Source: a virus
Lineage: Duplodnaviria > Caudoviricetes
Reading direction: 5' to 3' (one strand)
Length of the DNA: 64,000 nucleotides
IMG/VR virus record: IMGVR_UViG_2930578203_000001
Location: 32,001-96,000 of that record
Shown piece after piece: positions 27,996 to 42,900 of the stretch. Numbering within the stretch: the first letter of the stretch is position 1; each line of letters opens with the position of its first letter. The translations under genes were made by a program, and so were the position numbers. The notes beneath the pieces are model-generated. The model made no database searches. It was not told the DNA's origin and was given only the letters and a program-made list of their open reading frames with translations.

Positions 27996-30900
27996 ATGCT
28001 GAATCGCCCCAATGCACAGGCTGAGTCGCAGGACCTGAGTCGCGACCTCGAGGTCAAGGTCACGCGTCGGCCGTGGAACCCTGCTCTGCACCCCCGGGAC
28101 AGCAAGGGCCGCTTCATCGAGACCGGCGGGGTGGTGAGGACCTGGGGCGGCAAGCTCGCGCGCGTCATCCGCGCGCTCCCGCACGACCGCATCCTCGTCC
28201 AGGACCAGACCGGCCCGGACGAGTTCCGCGGCCGCAGGCACACCACCAGTGCCAAGTGGGTCAGCATGGTCGCGCGCCCCGACGGCAGCGCGCCCACCGA
28301 CGACGAAGAGAAGGTCGCCGAAGAGGACGAGCGGCGCACCCAGGACCCGCGCCGCGGCAACGGCGTTGCCCGCGACGACGACGGCGACCCCAACACCCCG
28401 AACGACCCGCACGACCAGGACGACAAGGGCCGCCCGATCGGCGAGGACGACGGCGACGGCCCGGACGACGATGACGACCAGGACGAGCCCGAGGACGGCG
28501 CCCACCCGGTCAACGTCGATGCCCTGCCGAACCAGCAGCACGCCGCCGGGGCCCGGTACGCCGATACCGCCGCCGTCCGCCGCCACTTCATGCAGGTTGC
28601 GGCCCAGCCCGGCACGAGCACGGACATGGCCACCTTCCTGCGCTCGGTGGCACACGACGACGACCTGCGGACCACCTCGTCCGGCCGACTCGTCATCCTC
28701 CTCGACGACCGGCCCGAGCACGCTGGCCGCTGGAACCTCACTGCAACCGGCTCCGGACAGCGCGTCGACGCCGCCGGCACCTTCGCCACCGCCGAGGACA
28801 CCGCCCGATTCGCCGAACACCTCGACAAGACCGCCGTGAACGGTCAGCTCACCAAGTTTCAGCAGCCGTTCGACTTCTCCGACCCGCAACTGGACCGGGA
28901 GGCCCGCGACTGGCGCTCCACCAGGGGCGAGAACATCCAGGGCGCTATCCAGCGGGCCCGTAAGGAGTTCGACGGCACGGACACCGCCCCGGCCTCCCCG
29001 AAGCCCGCACAGGCCCCCTCCGCCGCTGCCGCGGACGGACGGCGCTTCACCACCCTGCAGGACGTCCGCGCGCACTGGACTGACATGCGTACCCGCCTGA
29101 GCCAGGGCGGCCCCGAGACGCAGAACGCCGTGCGGATTCTGGACACCCTGATCAACGACGACCGGCTCAAGCTCGTAGGCCGTGGGCAGCTCGTCACGCG
29201 ACGAGACGAAAACGGCGACTGGCTCCTCGTCGCCACCGGCAGCGGCTACACCCTGCGCGGGCAGACCCTGCACCCCCGCTTCGAGTCGCAGGAAGAGGCA
29301 CAGCGCTTCGGCCGCTTCCTCGTCGCCTCCGGCATCAAGGGCGAGAACGGCGAGCCGCTGGACATGTCCCGCGGTGCCATCAGCCGGTGGCGCTCCGAGG
29401 ACAACCAGTCCTTCAGCGAGGTCGTCGACGAGGCTCTCGCCAAGTGGCAGAGGGAGCGCGGCGGAGACGCCCCGGCCGGACAGAACGCACCAGCGCCGGA
29501 CGCGCCGCAGGCCCATGACGAGACCGGCGCCCCTGCGCAGCCGGAGGCGGAACCCGCACCGGCCCCGGCCGTCCCCGAGGGTGCTAAACCCGTCGACGGG
29601 GTCGACGGCTACCACTACGTCAACGACGGCGGATCAATCACCCTGTATGGCCCCGACGGACAGGTCGCCGCGACCAGCGAGCGCGGCTACCCGCCGAAGG
29701 CCAAGATCGACGGCGTCACCGTGCCCGTCCCTCAGTACCCGAAGCAGGGCGCCGCGGTGATGGCCCGGCTGCACCGCGGCGCCCAGAACCCGGACCAGCG
29801 CGACCGGATCACCGCGGCGTGGGTGATGAAGCCCGGCAAGGACGGCAAGCCCGCCAAGCGGGTCATGGTCTTCCGCGGCACCATCAAGGGCGACGAGCGG
29901 GACTACGACGCCGTGGGCTCCACCCGCGCCATCAAGTGGGCCCCGTCCCTGCGGGCGTACTCGACCCAGTCGAACATGACCGAGGCCACGCGGGACGAGC
30001 GGATCTCCGAGGTCCTGTCCAAACTCGCCCGCCAGGGCCGCAACATCCACGTCACCGACGAGACCGCCGCGGGCAGCCCCGATGCACCGGCCAACGCCGT
30101 CGACGAGACCGAGGCCCTGCGCAAGGCCATCGCCAACGCGGACGACCCTCGCCTGTCGCAGTTGAAGTACGAGCGGTGGGCATCGCTCAACCGCACCCGC
30201 TCTGAGGCCAACCGCAAGCGTCTGAACTCTGAGATCGCAATGATCGACGACGAGTTGAAGCGCCGCCGAATCGAGCGGGACGAGGCCGCCGCCCGGGACG
30301 TCTCCTCGCTCAGCGACGACGACATCGCCAACCGCATCCGCGAGTCACAGGAGGAGCGCGGTACATACGGTGCCCGCAAGGGCCAGGACGCCAACGACGT
30401 CGAGCGGGCCATCTACAGCGAGCGCCGCCGCCGCTCGCAGGCCCTCGTCGACGACGACACCGACCTGACCACGGCCGCCGAGGACGACCTGGCCAAGGCC
30501 CGCGAGACCATCGCCGAACGCGTCCGCATGCACCAGGCCGCCGGCGACGACCCCGAGGCCGAGCGCACCATGCGCCAGGCCCTGCAGAACCGGCACGACG
30601 CCATCGTGGGCGAGCAGCAGAGCCGCCATGCCCAGAAGATCGCCGATCGGCCGCCGGTCGCCGACCTCACCGACGAGGAACTGTCGCAGGAGTACAACGA
30701 CTTGCTCCGGCGCGACTTCCGGAAGGCCCCTCCGGAGGCGCAGCAGGTCCTCGAGGGCCGCATGGAGGACGTCAAGCGGGAGCGCCGCGACCGGGAAAAG
30801 CGGGCCATCACCGACCGCGATGCCCCCGAGAACCTGAGCGATGAGGACCTGAAGGCGGAGTACACCGAGCTTCGCCGCACGCGCTCCTCGTACACCGGGA

Positions 30901-33900
30901 CCGACGACGTCAAGGCGGCCCGCAAGGAACGCATGGCCGCGCTGGAGGCCGAGCAGAACCGCCGCAGCTCCACGCCGGAGGTCGAGCAGCTCGTCGCCCG
31001 CGTCGACAACCCCGACGACAACGGCATGATCAGCATCGGCGGCGGCAGCGATTACGGCTACGTCGACTACCGGGACCAGACGCACGGGCACACGACCCGC
31101 GAGATCGGGTGGACCTGGGGCAAGCACAGTTGGGGGCACGCAGACACCGCCTATCCCTCCCGCGCCGCAGCTCTGGCAGCGATGGTCCAGGCGTACGACA
31201 ACGACCCCGACACCCGAGGTGAGCGCACCTGGGGCCGTAAGCGCCCCGTGTTCGTGCCGAAGATGTTCGTCGAGCTCTACCAGAACGAGCGTCTTCGCGA
31301 CCGGCTCGCCGGCGCCAGCGAGGAACGGCAGTACCTCTACAGCCTGTTCCGGGACCGGTACGGCTGGGACGACGGCGTGAACCCCCTGGTGCCCAGCAAC
31401 AAAAAGGGCCACCACATCAAGGGCCGGAAGCTGTGGGTGCCCGAAGGCCTCCTCGCCGAACTGAACCGGGTGACGGAGGAGCTGTCCCGGGACATGTCCG
31501 TGCGGGCCGCGGACCGGGACGCGGACAGTTCCGACCGCCAGAAGGCCAAGACCCGGCTCGCGTCCATCAACGTGGCTCTGCACGGCATTGAGGCGCAGCG
31601 CGAGTCAGTCCGCAAGAATGGCGGGGACGACGACCGAAAGGTCATCTCCCGCGAGGAGATCGAGGCACAGCAGGCCGCACTCCGTGCAGCGCTGGGAGGC
31701 GACGATGACGAACATGTTCAGTCCGATGGTCCGGGATCACTGGCGGACGTACCGGCCCAAGGAGTGGGCGGCGATGACCGATCCGGAGGCGTTCGTCGAG
31801 ACGAAGGCCAGGGAGATCGAGACTCAGATTCTCAAGGCCGAGGAGGCGCTGGAGAAGACCGTTCCGGAGCCGACGGAGTACGAGGAGCAGGTCGGCCGGC
31901 ACAAGCAGATCAGGGCGGACGCAACAGCGATGGTCCTGGCGGATCTTCTGCCGGAGCCGGAGCCCGAGGCGGAGAAGGCGCCGGAGCAGACGCCGATGGA
32001 GCAGCACCTGCAGGAGATCAGGGACCTGATGTACGACGCGTAGCGCGGTTCCGGCCTAACCCGGCCGACGCGCCCAAGGGCGCCCGCGCGCGTGCGACGG
32101 CCAACGTCGAGGCCATCCGCGTCCTCAAGAAGCTGGAGGCCGAGAACCGGCCGGCCACCGACGAGGAGCGCCGCATCCTCGCCCGCTGGTCCGGCTGGGG
32201 CTCGGTACCGATCCTCTTCGCCAACGAGCCGAACGAGAAGGAGCCCCGCTACCAGCAGGGCGGCACCCGGTACGGCAAGTTCGCCAAGGACCACGAGCGG
32301 TGGTCCGAGTACAGCGACATTCGCAGCGAGCTGCAGCGCGTGCTCACGCCTGTGGAGTTCCGGCAGGCATCCCGCGGCGTGCTGTCCATGCACTACACGC
32401 CGCAGCCCATCGCCGAGGCGATGTGGGAAGGCCTTCGGGCATTCGGCTTCGACCGCGGCGACGTCCTTGAAGCCGGCTCCGGCGCGGGCACTTTCTTCGG
32501 CGTCGCTCCGGACGGCGCCCGCCTGACCGGCGTCGAACTGGACCCGACCACGGCCCGGATCGCTCAGGCGATTTACCCGCATGCCAACGTCCTCAACGAG
32601 TCTTTCGCGGAGACCGACGCCCAGCCGGGCACCTTTGACGCCGCCATCGGCAACGTGCCCTTCGCCCGGGTCCCGTTCGATGACAAGCGGTACCCGGCAG
32701 AGAGCCTTCACAACGGCTTCGTCACCAAGGAGATCGCCCTCGTCCGGCCCGGCGGCATCACCGCCGTCATCACCTCCCGCCAGACCCTCGACTCCAAGGG
32801 CGACAAGGCCCGCCGCCAGATGGCCAAGTACGGCGACCTGGTCGGCGCCGTGCGCCTGCCCTCCGGCGTCTTCACCGACGCCGGCACCGGGGTCACCACC
32901 GACGTCCTCGTGTTCCGCCGCCGCGAGGACGGCACCGAGCCGGCCGACACGTCATGGCTGGACGCCCCTGAGCGGGACATCAACGGCACCGCACACCACA
33001 TCAACGCCTACTTCGACGAGCACCCCGAGCACATCCTCGGCACGCTGACCATGCAGTCCGGCCCGTACGGGCCCGAGGTGACCGTCAAGGGCGACCCGGC
33101 CAAGGCCGCCGAGCAGCTTCGAGCCGCGCTCGACGACATCGCCACCAAGGCGAAGGCCGACGGCCGCGGCTACGAGCCGCACCCCGACGGCGACAACCGG
33201 CCTCCGGTACAGCTCCAGACGGCCCGGGAGAAGCACGCGAACGACTGGACCGGCCGCCTCTACGAGGGCGATGACGGCCAGTTTTACCAGCACGTCAACG
33301 GTGCCGAACCGGTCCTGCTGGAGCCCGCCGACGGCAACACCGCCCAGCTTCGCGGCCTCATGCAGCTCCGCGACGTCGCCGCCGAACTGCGCGAACTGGA
33401 CCGGAAGAACGACGAGGAGGAGCGCGCCGAGGCTCTGCGCGCCCAACTCCGCGACCTGCACGCCGCCTACGTCGCCGAGTACGGCCCCCTGTCCAAGCCG
33501 GGCCAGCACCGCACCCAGGGCGGCCGCCCGACGGCGTGGGGCTACTTCCGGGCCGACCCGGACGCCGCGGCAGTCCTCGCTCTGGAACGGTGGGACGCCA
33601 ACAAGGGCGAACCCGTCCTCTCCCGCGTCTTCACCGAGCGCGCCGCGGCCCGTCGACAGCCGCTCTCCTCGACCAACGATCCGAAGGCGGCCCTGGCCGC
33701 GGTCGTCGCCGCCAAGGGCGAAGTGGACCTCGGCGAGATCGCCCGGCTTCTCGACGTCACCCCGCAGGAAGCGGTGAAGCGCCTCGGCAACGAGGTCTTC
33801 ACCGACCCTGAGACCGGCCGCCTCGAGCTGGCCAGCGCCTACCTGTCCGGCGCCGTCCGCGACAAGCTCGACGCCGCCCGCAAGGCCGCCGAGCGCGACC

Positions 33901-36900
33901 CGGCGTATGCGGTCAACGTGGCCGCGCTGGAGGCCGTTCAGCCGCCGGACCGCACCATCGGCCAGTTCACCCCGGAGATGGGCGCCCACTGGACGCCGCC
34001 GGAACTTCTACAGGGCTTCCTGCGCGAGTACCTGGGCGACCGCACACTCCGTGTCGCGCATGACGACCGGTACGGCTGGATTCTCAACACCGGCCGCGTG
34101 CCCGAGGCCAACAACGTCATGTACGGCGTTCCGGCCGTCGAGCCCGACCCGGATAACGGCATCAAGGGCAACAAGGGCAAGAACGCCGTGGAGATCGCCC
34201 GCGCGATCCTCGGCTTCGGCTCGCTGACCGTCTACGAGGACGACAAGCGCAAGGAAGTCGACGAGGCGACCTCCCGTCTGATCCGGCAGAAGGCCGACCA
34301 GATGCGGGCCGAGTTCGCCAAGTACGCCACGGCGAACGCTGATCGGCTGAGCGTCCTCACCGACTCGTACAACCGCATCATGAACGGGCACATCGTCCGT
34401 TCGTACGAGGGCATGTCGCCCACGCTGGAGGGCTTCACCCCCGACCGGAACCCCCACCCCTGGCAGCGTTCCGGCGCGGCCCGGATGCAGTTCGAGCGGG
34501 GCGTGATCCTCGCCCACGAGGTGGGCCTCGGTAAGACGTCCACGCTCGTCATGGGTACCCAGGCCCTCAAGGCGTCCGGGCAGATCGAGAAGCCCATGGC
34601 CGTGGTGCCGAACCACCTCGCGCGCCAGTGGTACAACGAGGCCCGGTGCCTGTACCCGAACGCCGATATCCACCTGATCACCTCGGCGGACCTGGCCGGC
34701 GACCGGCGCGGCAGCACGCTGGAGTGGCTGCGCGCCAACAGGCCGGATCTGGTGATCTTCACTGAAGAGGCGTTCGGCTCGATCAAGATGAGCCCGGAGG
34801 CTCAGGACGAGTACGAGTTCCGGGAGCTGGAGGCGCTGCGCGAGCAGCTTGACCGCCAGTACGAGGACGCCGACAACCCGAACCACCCGTTCATCGTCGC
34901 GAAGATCGAGCAGCGCATTGCGACGGTCAGCAAGAACATCAACAAGAACGCCGCCCCGATGCGGCGACCGGGTGAGACGTACTGGGACGACCTCGGATTC
35001 GACTACTTCGTCGTCGACGAGGCTCACCGGTACAAGGGCGTTGGCTTCCGCTCCAAGGAGGGTGGCGGCGACAAGGCGTCCATCCGCGGCGTCGACCTGC
35101 ATCAGAAGACGAGCGACCTGCACCGCCGCCGTCAGGGCCGTGCCACGATCACGCTCGCCACCGGTACGCCGCTGTCGAACAGCATCAGTGAGCAGTTCAC
35201 CATGCTGATGTTCGCGGCGCCGTGGGTGCTGGACGCCTACAAGGCGGGCGCCCCCGACCTGTGGGCCAACACCTTCGGTCGCAAGACCCTGCGCATCGAG
35301 AACGCCCCCGACGGCTCCGGCCTGCGCGTCGTGGAGCGGTTCTCCGAGTTCCACAACAAGCGCGCCATGAAGACCATGTGGGGCCTGGTCGCGGACACCA
35401 AGCGCGGTGACGACGTCGGCATTCCCCGTCCGAAGCTCAGGGGCGGCAAGCCGAACCTGATCATGGTCGACGCGACGCCCGACCAGAAGAAGCGTCTGAA
35501 GGGGCTCGTCGCCCGCGGTCGCGCGATCCACAACGGTGAGGTCGACCGCCACCAGGACAACATGCTCGCGGTGTCCAACGAGGGCACCAGCGTGGCCCTC
35601 GACCCGCGGCTCATCGACGCCAAGGCCCTGGCCGGCAACAAGCTGAAGGCCGTCGCGGACCGGCACATCGAGCGCTACCACCAGCACAAGGACCGGCTCT
35701 ATCCGGTCGCCCTCGACAGCCTCGTCAACCACCCGGTTCCGGGTGCTCTCCAGATGATCTTCCTGAACGAAGGCGTCCCGGGAGGAAAGAACAAGGGCAA
35801 CTTCGACGCTTACGCCGAACTCAAGCGGCTCATGGTCGCGGGCGGCATCCCCGCGGACAAGATCGCCTTCGTCCAGGACGCCAAGAAGTCCGGCAAGCCC
35901 GAGGACATGACGGAGCTGTTCCGGAAGGCCCGCGAAGGCGAAATCGCGGTCCTCATCGGCTCCAGCGCCGTCGCGGGTACGGGCATGAACGCCCAGGACC
36001 GCATGATCTCCCTCTCGCACGTCGACCTCGACTGGGGCGCCGCGCAGATGGAGCAGCGCAACGGCCGCATCCTGCGGTACGGCAACCTGAACCCCGAAGT
36101 CGAGATCGACATCTACGCGACCAAGGGCTCCATGGACGGCTGGAAGGCCGGATTCGTCGCAGCCAAGGCCGAGGGCTTGATCGACATTCAGCGGCCGGAG
36201 CCGGAAGACGGCGACTCCAGCGACGTTGTCCAGGAGATCGACGGCGCCGAGTTCGACTACGAGACGATGGAAGCCGAGATCGGCGGCAACCCCTTCATGA
36301 GCCAGCTCATGAAGGCGAAGCGCCGTCTCAAGGATCTGGAGATCGACCAGCACAACGAGGCCGCCGAGCGTATCCGCCGCGCCGAAGCCCTCGATGCGCT
36401 GCGCCAGGAATCCCAGGCCACCCGCGACGGCATCCACCGCCGCGAGCAGGCCCTGCCCCGCATCCAGGAGGCCGACGACCGGTTCCGTATGACCATTGGC
36501 GGCTCCCCGTACGGCGAGCGCTCCGACGCCGGCAAGGCCCTGCACCGCCAGATCACCTCCCGCCTCCTGGAGCACAACCGCGAGGGCCTGAGTGACTGGC
36601 ACATCCTTGGCCAGTTCCGCGGCTTGGACTTCGGTGTCCGCACCGAGAAGACAGCGGACGGCAAGCTCGTCGCGCACGTCGGCTTCCCCGACCTGCGGCA
36701 GTCCGACTTCGAGCGGACCGTGGAGGACTTGCAGAAGAAGGGCGCCGGGTCGGGCATGATCACCCGCCTCGGCAACGCCCTCGACAAGGCGCCCGCGTTG
36801 CAGGAGTCGGACCGGGCCAAGGTGCCGGAGCTGGACGAGCAGATAGCCCTGCTCCAGTCCGCGCACGCGGCCGCAGACCTCACCCCGCAGATCGACCACG

Positions 36901-39900
36901 CTCGCAAGCGGTCGAACCTGCTCGAGGAGATCGTCGCCCGCGTCACCAACCTGGACGCGAAGCCGGAGATCGACCCCGACGAACTCGACAAGGAGCGGTA
37001 CAAGAACAAGGACGACCGCGAGAAGATCGCCAAGGGGCGGCGCGAGGAACGCGAGCCGCTGCAGGCCGCCGTCGACGAGGCCGTCGCGAACCTGCACCGC
37101 TGGGACGAGGAGAACCCGGCACCGGAGCAGGACGACACGGTCCGCCTCTCCGAGGACGAGGTGCGCGAAGCCCTCGCCCGCCTCAGCCCGGAGCCCAGCA
37201 CCACCCCGCAGCCGGACGCCCCGGAGACCAGCGACCGCAGTTCCGAGGACGCCGACACCGACGTCGACGAGCCGAACACCGCCGAGACGGAGACACCTGA
37301 GACCACCGGCGGGGGCAGCAGCGACGAGCCGCCGGCCGACACGCCAGCCGCGGACGACACCGGCGCCCAGAACGACGGCCAGGACCAGGACGACGTCGTT
37401 CGCCTCTCCCAGGACGAGGTGAACGACACCCTCGCCAGCATCCAGCCGGACGCCGACACGACCGCCACCGACGAGCCGGACGAGCCCCTGCGGTACGCGT
37501 GGGACAAGCCCGAGGACTTCGTCACCCTGACCATGCCGGCCGCACTCGCCGACTTCCTCAACGTCGACGAGACCGCCGCCATGGAGGACCCCGACACCCG
37601 GAAGGCCCTCAAGGAAGCCACGCCAGGCCGCCGCGGCACACTCCAGGTGACCGGCCCGATCGAGGTACACCGCGCCCTCCTCCAGTGGGCATGGACGCTC
37701 GAGGGCGGCGAAGGCCTTGAGTCCGACCCCAGCGAAGTCCGGGCCTACAAGGCGTACGCCAAGCGCATCGACGAGGCAGACGCCGACCTGCAGCGCCGTC
37801 GCGCCGAGCGGGAGGCCGCGGCCGCCGCGGACACCGATGAGAACGACAGCCCGGACGCCGACAGCACGAACGACGGCGGCAGCGACGAGCCGCCGACCGA
37901 TGCCCCCAGCACGGCTGAGCCGGACGGCGAGGACGACCAGGACCAGAGCACCGACGAAGACACGGAGGCCAGCGACACTGTCACCCTGACTCCGGACGAG
38001 GTGTCCGACCAGCTCGACGCTGTACGCCCGGAGGGGTCCAAGGCTCCGTCCTCGATGGACGATGGCGAGATCCGCGACGAGATCGTCGACCTGATGGGCC
38101 GGGAGATGGCGGATGAGCTGTCCGGCGCGGACCACACCCGCCTGCAGGTCCTGCTAGCGGAGGAGGCCCGCCGTGCCGGCCGGGCCCCGAAGCAGGAGCC
38201 CAAGCCGAAGAGGACGACCGAGGAGCCCGGCGGACTCTTCGACGTCGACCAGCCCACCACCCAGCAGCCGAGCAGCGCCGCCGACGTCGACAACCCCGAG
38301 GACCAGCCCGACGACCTCTTCGGCACGCCGGACATGATCGCCGACGCCGAAGGCCGCAGCACCGAGGGCCTGCGCCCGGCGCGCATGCGCAACGCCGCCG
38401 ACCTGAAGCAGGGTGACCGGTACACCGACGCAGACGGCCGCACGCACACCGTGTCCGAGCCGCCGGTCAAGACGCCTCGCGGCCGGACCCGCATCGTCAC
38501 CGACGACGGCGAGGAGCGCTTCTACAACGCCGACGCCCAGGTGCGCCTGCGCGACCCCGACGAGGAGATCCCCGAGAACGAGACCGACGAGCGGTCCGCC
38601 GACGACGATGCCGACAACACCCCGGATGTCGACGAACCGGAGACCTCCGAGCCGGACGTCGACGAACCGGAAGCCACCTCCGACAGCAGCAGCACCAAGG
38701 ACCGCGCCGACCGCATGACCGGCCTCATCGACCAGGCCACCGACGGGGCAGGCGGTGACGAGCTGCCCGAGGTCAGCGAGGTCCGTGATGCGTTGGGCAG
38801 GGCCGAGGACTCCGACGACCCGGACGCCGAGCTCCGTTCCGCCGCCGACCGGCTCGACGACCTCGCCGAGATGTACGAGCTGGGAGGCCCCGAGGGAGAA
38901 CGCGCCGCAGACCTGTTCCGGCAGGCCGCCCGCATCGCGAGGGGTGAGGACGAGGACGATCGCCGCGGCGACGACAACGACCGCAACGAGGACGACAGCG
39001 AAGCCCCCGACGCTACGAACCAGGACTCCGAAGAGGACCAGGACGACGACGAGGAACGCCAGCAGCGTCGGAACGGGGACGCGGACAGCGACGCCGCCGA
39101 CCCGGACGGCGCCCCCGACGGAGGCGGCGCCGGTACCCCGGACACTCCTGCCGACAACGAGGACGAGGCCGGCAACCCCGACGATGCGCCCGACAACTCC
39201 GACGACGAGCAGGACGAGCCGGAGGCCGAGAAAGACGACGAGCAGGACGACCGCAACCGGCGTCGTCGCCGGCGTCGCCGCAACGGCGGTGGCGGCAGCG
39301 GCGGTCCCGGTGGCCCCGGCGGGCCCGGCCTGCCGCACCTGAACCTGCCCGACCTCAACACGCCGGACGCCGGAGGCGCCGACGGCAATGGGGACGGCGA
39401 AGACGGCCGCGGCACGCGCGACCGCGGGCGGACCCCTATGCGGCACCGCGACGTCGATTCGCTGCGCCGCGCCTGGAAGAACGGCGATGGGCTCACCCCT
39501 GCCGAGGAAACTCCGCAGCGGCGCGAGGCCCTGTCACAGGCGGCCGACCGGGACGGCTTGGCTCTGTCCCCGGGTGGGGGCCTGGTGACGTGGCCCGAAC
39601 AGCAGGAAGACGGCACCACCTTGTGGCGCTTCGCCCAGGCCCGCAACGGCGCCAACCTGACCGGATTGACCCTGACGACCGAAGACCCCGAAGAGGCCCG
39701 CGCGCTCGCAGGCCGCTTCGAGGAGATCACCGGTCGCGACGGGCAGCCCTTCGACTGGCAGCAGGCGTGGGGCCCGAGCACCGTGGGGCAGTGGCGCGAC
39801 GGGGAGGGCCGCAACCTGCAGCGGGCACTCCAGGCCGTCCTCGACGACTTCGAGCAGCAGCGGGCCGCCGCCGCCCAGCCGGAGCCGGCGCCGGAACGGA

Positions 39901-42900
39901 GGGCGCTGCCGGGCGACCTCACCGGCCTGGAAGACGACGAGCTGGTCGACGCGTGGAGCAACGACCTCAGCGACGAGGACCAGAAGCGCCTTATGGCGGA
40001 GATGGACCGCCGCGACGGCTACACCGACCAGCGCGTTCGTGACGTGCTGCCGGACACCCCGCCGGCCGACGCCGAAGAGGCCGAGCGCCGCGCGAAGGCC
40101 GTCGACGAGGCCCTCGGCTTTGGGGGCGCCGACGTCCCGCGCGTGCGCCGAACCCGTGAGGACATCATCCGTGCGGAGTTCGCCGACTTCGACGAAGCCC
40201 GCTACCAGGCCGCCATCGACGCCACGAACGGCTACTTCTACGCCCGGAAGTACAAGTACGGCAGCGGCATCAACGAACGAGACTTGTTCTCCGGTGGTGC
40301 ACTCGCGAAGCTCAACCTCTGGGAGAAGTACGCCAGCGAGGAACTGAAGGACTGGTACAAGGCCAACGGCGGTCGCATCACGTACAACCAGTTCCGGCAG
40401 ACCTACCGGGACAACGACCGCCAGGACCGGCAGCAGTTCGAGGAGGAGCAGCGCCGCCAGGCGGAAGCCGGGCAGACCGAGGAGCCCACCACCCCGGAGA
40501 CCGAGCCGTACGACCCGGCCACGCCGCGCTTCGCGGACGAGGCGACCCTTCGGGACCACATCCGCAGCGGGCAGCTCGACGAGGTGCCCGAGGAGCAGCG
40601 TGGAGACGTGCCCTCAGCCGAGGAACGCGCGGAGATCGCCGATGCCGAGAGCACCCAGCTCTCCGACGGCGGCCGACTCCTCATCTACGGCAACGAGGCC
40701 GGTCGCGCCGGCAGTCGCAGCGGGCAGCGGTTCGACGTGGCCCTTCCGGGCAGCATGCAGCCCCTGTTCCGAAGCGGCTTCCACAGCGCCGCGGAAGCCC
40801 GCCGCTACGCCAGCGTCCTCGACGGCATCAAGGACACGGACGGCAACGCGTTCCCGTGGGATGCCCCCGACGTCGCCGACCGCGCCCGCGCGTTCCGGAC
40901 CGCCGACGGCAACCGCCTGTTCGACGAGATCACGGAACGCCTGTACGGCTTCAACGACCTCTACGAGCCGTGGAACAGCGACCGCGGCCAGGCATTGCAC
41001 CACCGGACGTGGAGCCAGCAGGAAGCCGACTGGAACACCCGCGAGGAGGAAGCCGGTTACTCGATCCCCATCGACCTGACGGACATCCGTCCCGGTGACG
41101 AGATCAGCTTCCCCGTGGCCACGAGCCGCGGACAGAACACGCGGCCGCAGGACGAGTACGTGGGAACCGTGCACGCCACGGTGAGCGGCGAGGGAGAGCC
41201 CTTCCAGTACCGCTCGCAGTTCTCCGCCTTCGGGAACCAGCAGCTCTACCGGTTCCCGGCCGAAGGCTCCTGGATCAACCAGTACGGGGAGCACACCGAG
41301 ATCGACGAGGCGTTCCCGAACCTGGGTGTCGTCCGCCGCCGCCCGCGGCCCGACGAGGTGTCCAGCACGGCTGACGACCGCGACGACCGTTCGTCCCGCG
41401 CGGACACCCCGCAGGCGGAGACGCCGGGCACCGCGACGCCCCCCGCGCGCCAGCAGCCCGCCCCGGACCGCGCTCCTGCAGAGCCGGAGCCCGCCGCGCC
41501 CTCGGCGCCGGCCGACCAACCGCAAGGTGAACCCGATCCCGTGGGCGGTCAGCCCGCACACTGGGCGCGCGTCCGCGACCTGGTGCAGGGCGACATGGTC
41601 CGTATGGAGGGCCGCACCAGTAACGGCCGCGCCATCACGCGGTCCGGCTACGTCTTCACCGGGCCCGTCGACGTGGAGGTCACCCGCAACGGCCGCACGG
41701 AGCGGATGCTGCGCACGTACGTCACGGAGAACCCGGACGGCACCGGGAAGCGTGGCAACGTCTTCACGCCGCTGAACGCCACCGCGGCGCGGGCCGAGAC
41801 GCCCGACGACGTGGTGCCCGGGTCGCCGACCAGCGGCGCTCAGAGCGCCGTTCAGGCGGGCAGCCTCCCCGACCTGGTCCCCGCGGACCGGAACGGCCGG
41901 GGCTTGTTCCCGGGCAGCACCGTCACCGGCGTTGACGGGCTGCGTACCCGTGAGGGCACCGTCACGGGCGCCACCAGCACCACGGTGTCGGTGCGCTGGG
42001 ACAACGACGACACCGCCGACGGACTCTCTCCGAACACCCTCACCGTGACCGGTGGCGACCGCCCCGACGGCTGGACCTCATCCGGGCAGCGCGTGACCCC
42101 GCGGCACATCGTGACCGACACCGAGGGCGCTCTCCTCGGACCGGTCGACGAGGTCAACGGCGACCGCGTCACCATCACCACCGCCGAAAGCACCATCACA
42201 CGGAGCGCCGGAGACCTCCGCGTCGCCGGCGAAGTACGCGACGACGCCCCGGGCACCGACCCCGTCACCGGCATCGACGACCCGGCGGCCGCGGACCTCA
42301 AGGAGGACGACGTCCTGGTCCTGGACCTCGACGGCACGCCCACCACCGTGGCGGTCACCGGTATCCACCGCGAAGGCGACCGCGTCACCATCGACTTCGC
42401 CGACACCACCACAGGCGAGATCGGCCAGATCGACGTGGACGCCTCCCAGGTCATCCCCCGGGCCCAGGGCGCCGACGACACTCCGCCCGACCTCGGGCCG
42501 GACGACGCCCCGGACGCCCCGGACGACCTGACCGTGCACGAGCCGCCGCACCGCGTCGAACCCGTCACCGGCCCGACCGTCGACCCCGACCTAACGATGG
42601 GCGACCGAGACGTCATCGGTGACCTCGCCGACGGCCCGGACGACGACCCCGACGCCCAGCAGGCCGCCGTACGCATCACGGCCGACCTGCCCGTCCCCCC
42701 GGAACAGGCCGCCGCACTCGCCGCGCAACTCCGCGATTCCGCCGACCCCTCGACCCCGGAGGGCCGCGCCGCCCTGCGCGCCGCCAACCACCTGGACCGG
42801 GCCATCGGCCGGACCCCTCCGCCCGAGCTCAACCGGCCGCGGCCGTCGAACGCCGCACAGGTCGCGGAAGACGACACGATCGCCATACCCGACAACCAGG

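Noticed and set aside
34008-38135. 1,375-aa minus-strand ORF and other long antisense ORFs (e.g. 24303-26921, 43065-45062, 58432-60399)
   Set aside because: Shadow frames of high-GC genes; no motifs, and the opposite strand carries clear domains.
38390-42900. xDLxxGDxV motifs in the giant as intein/Hint domains
   Set aside because: No N-terminal Cys/Ser block or C-terminal HN was found; more consistent with SH3/KOW-like beta modules.
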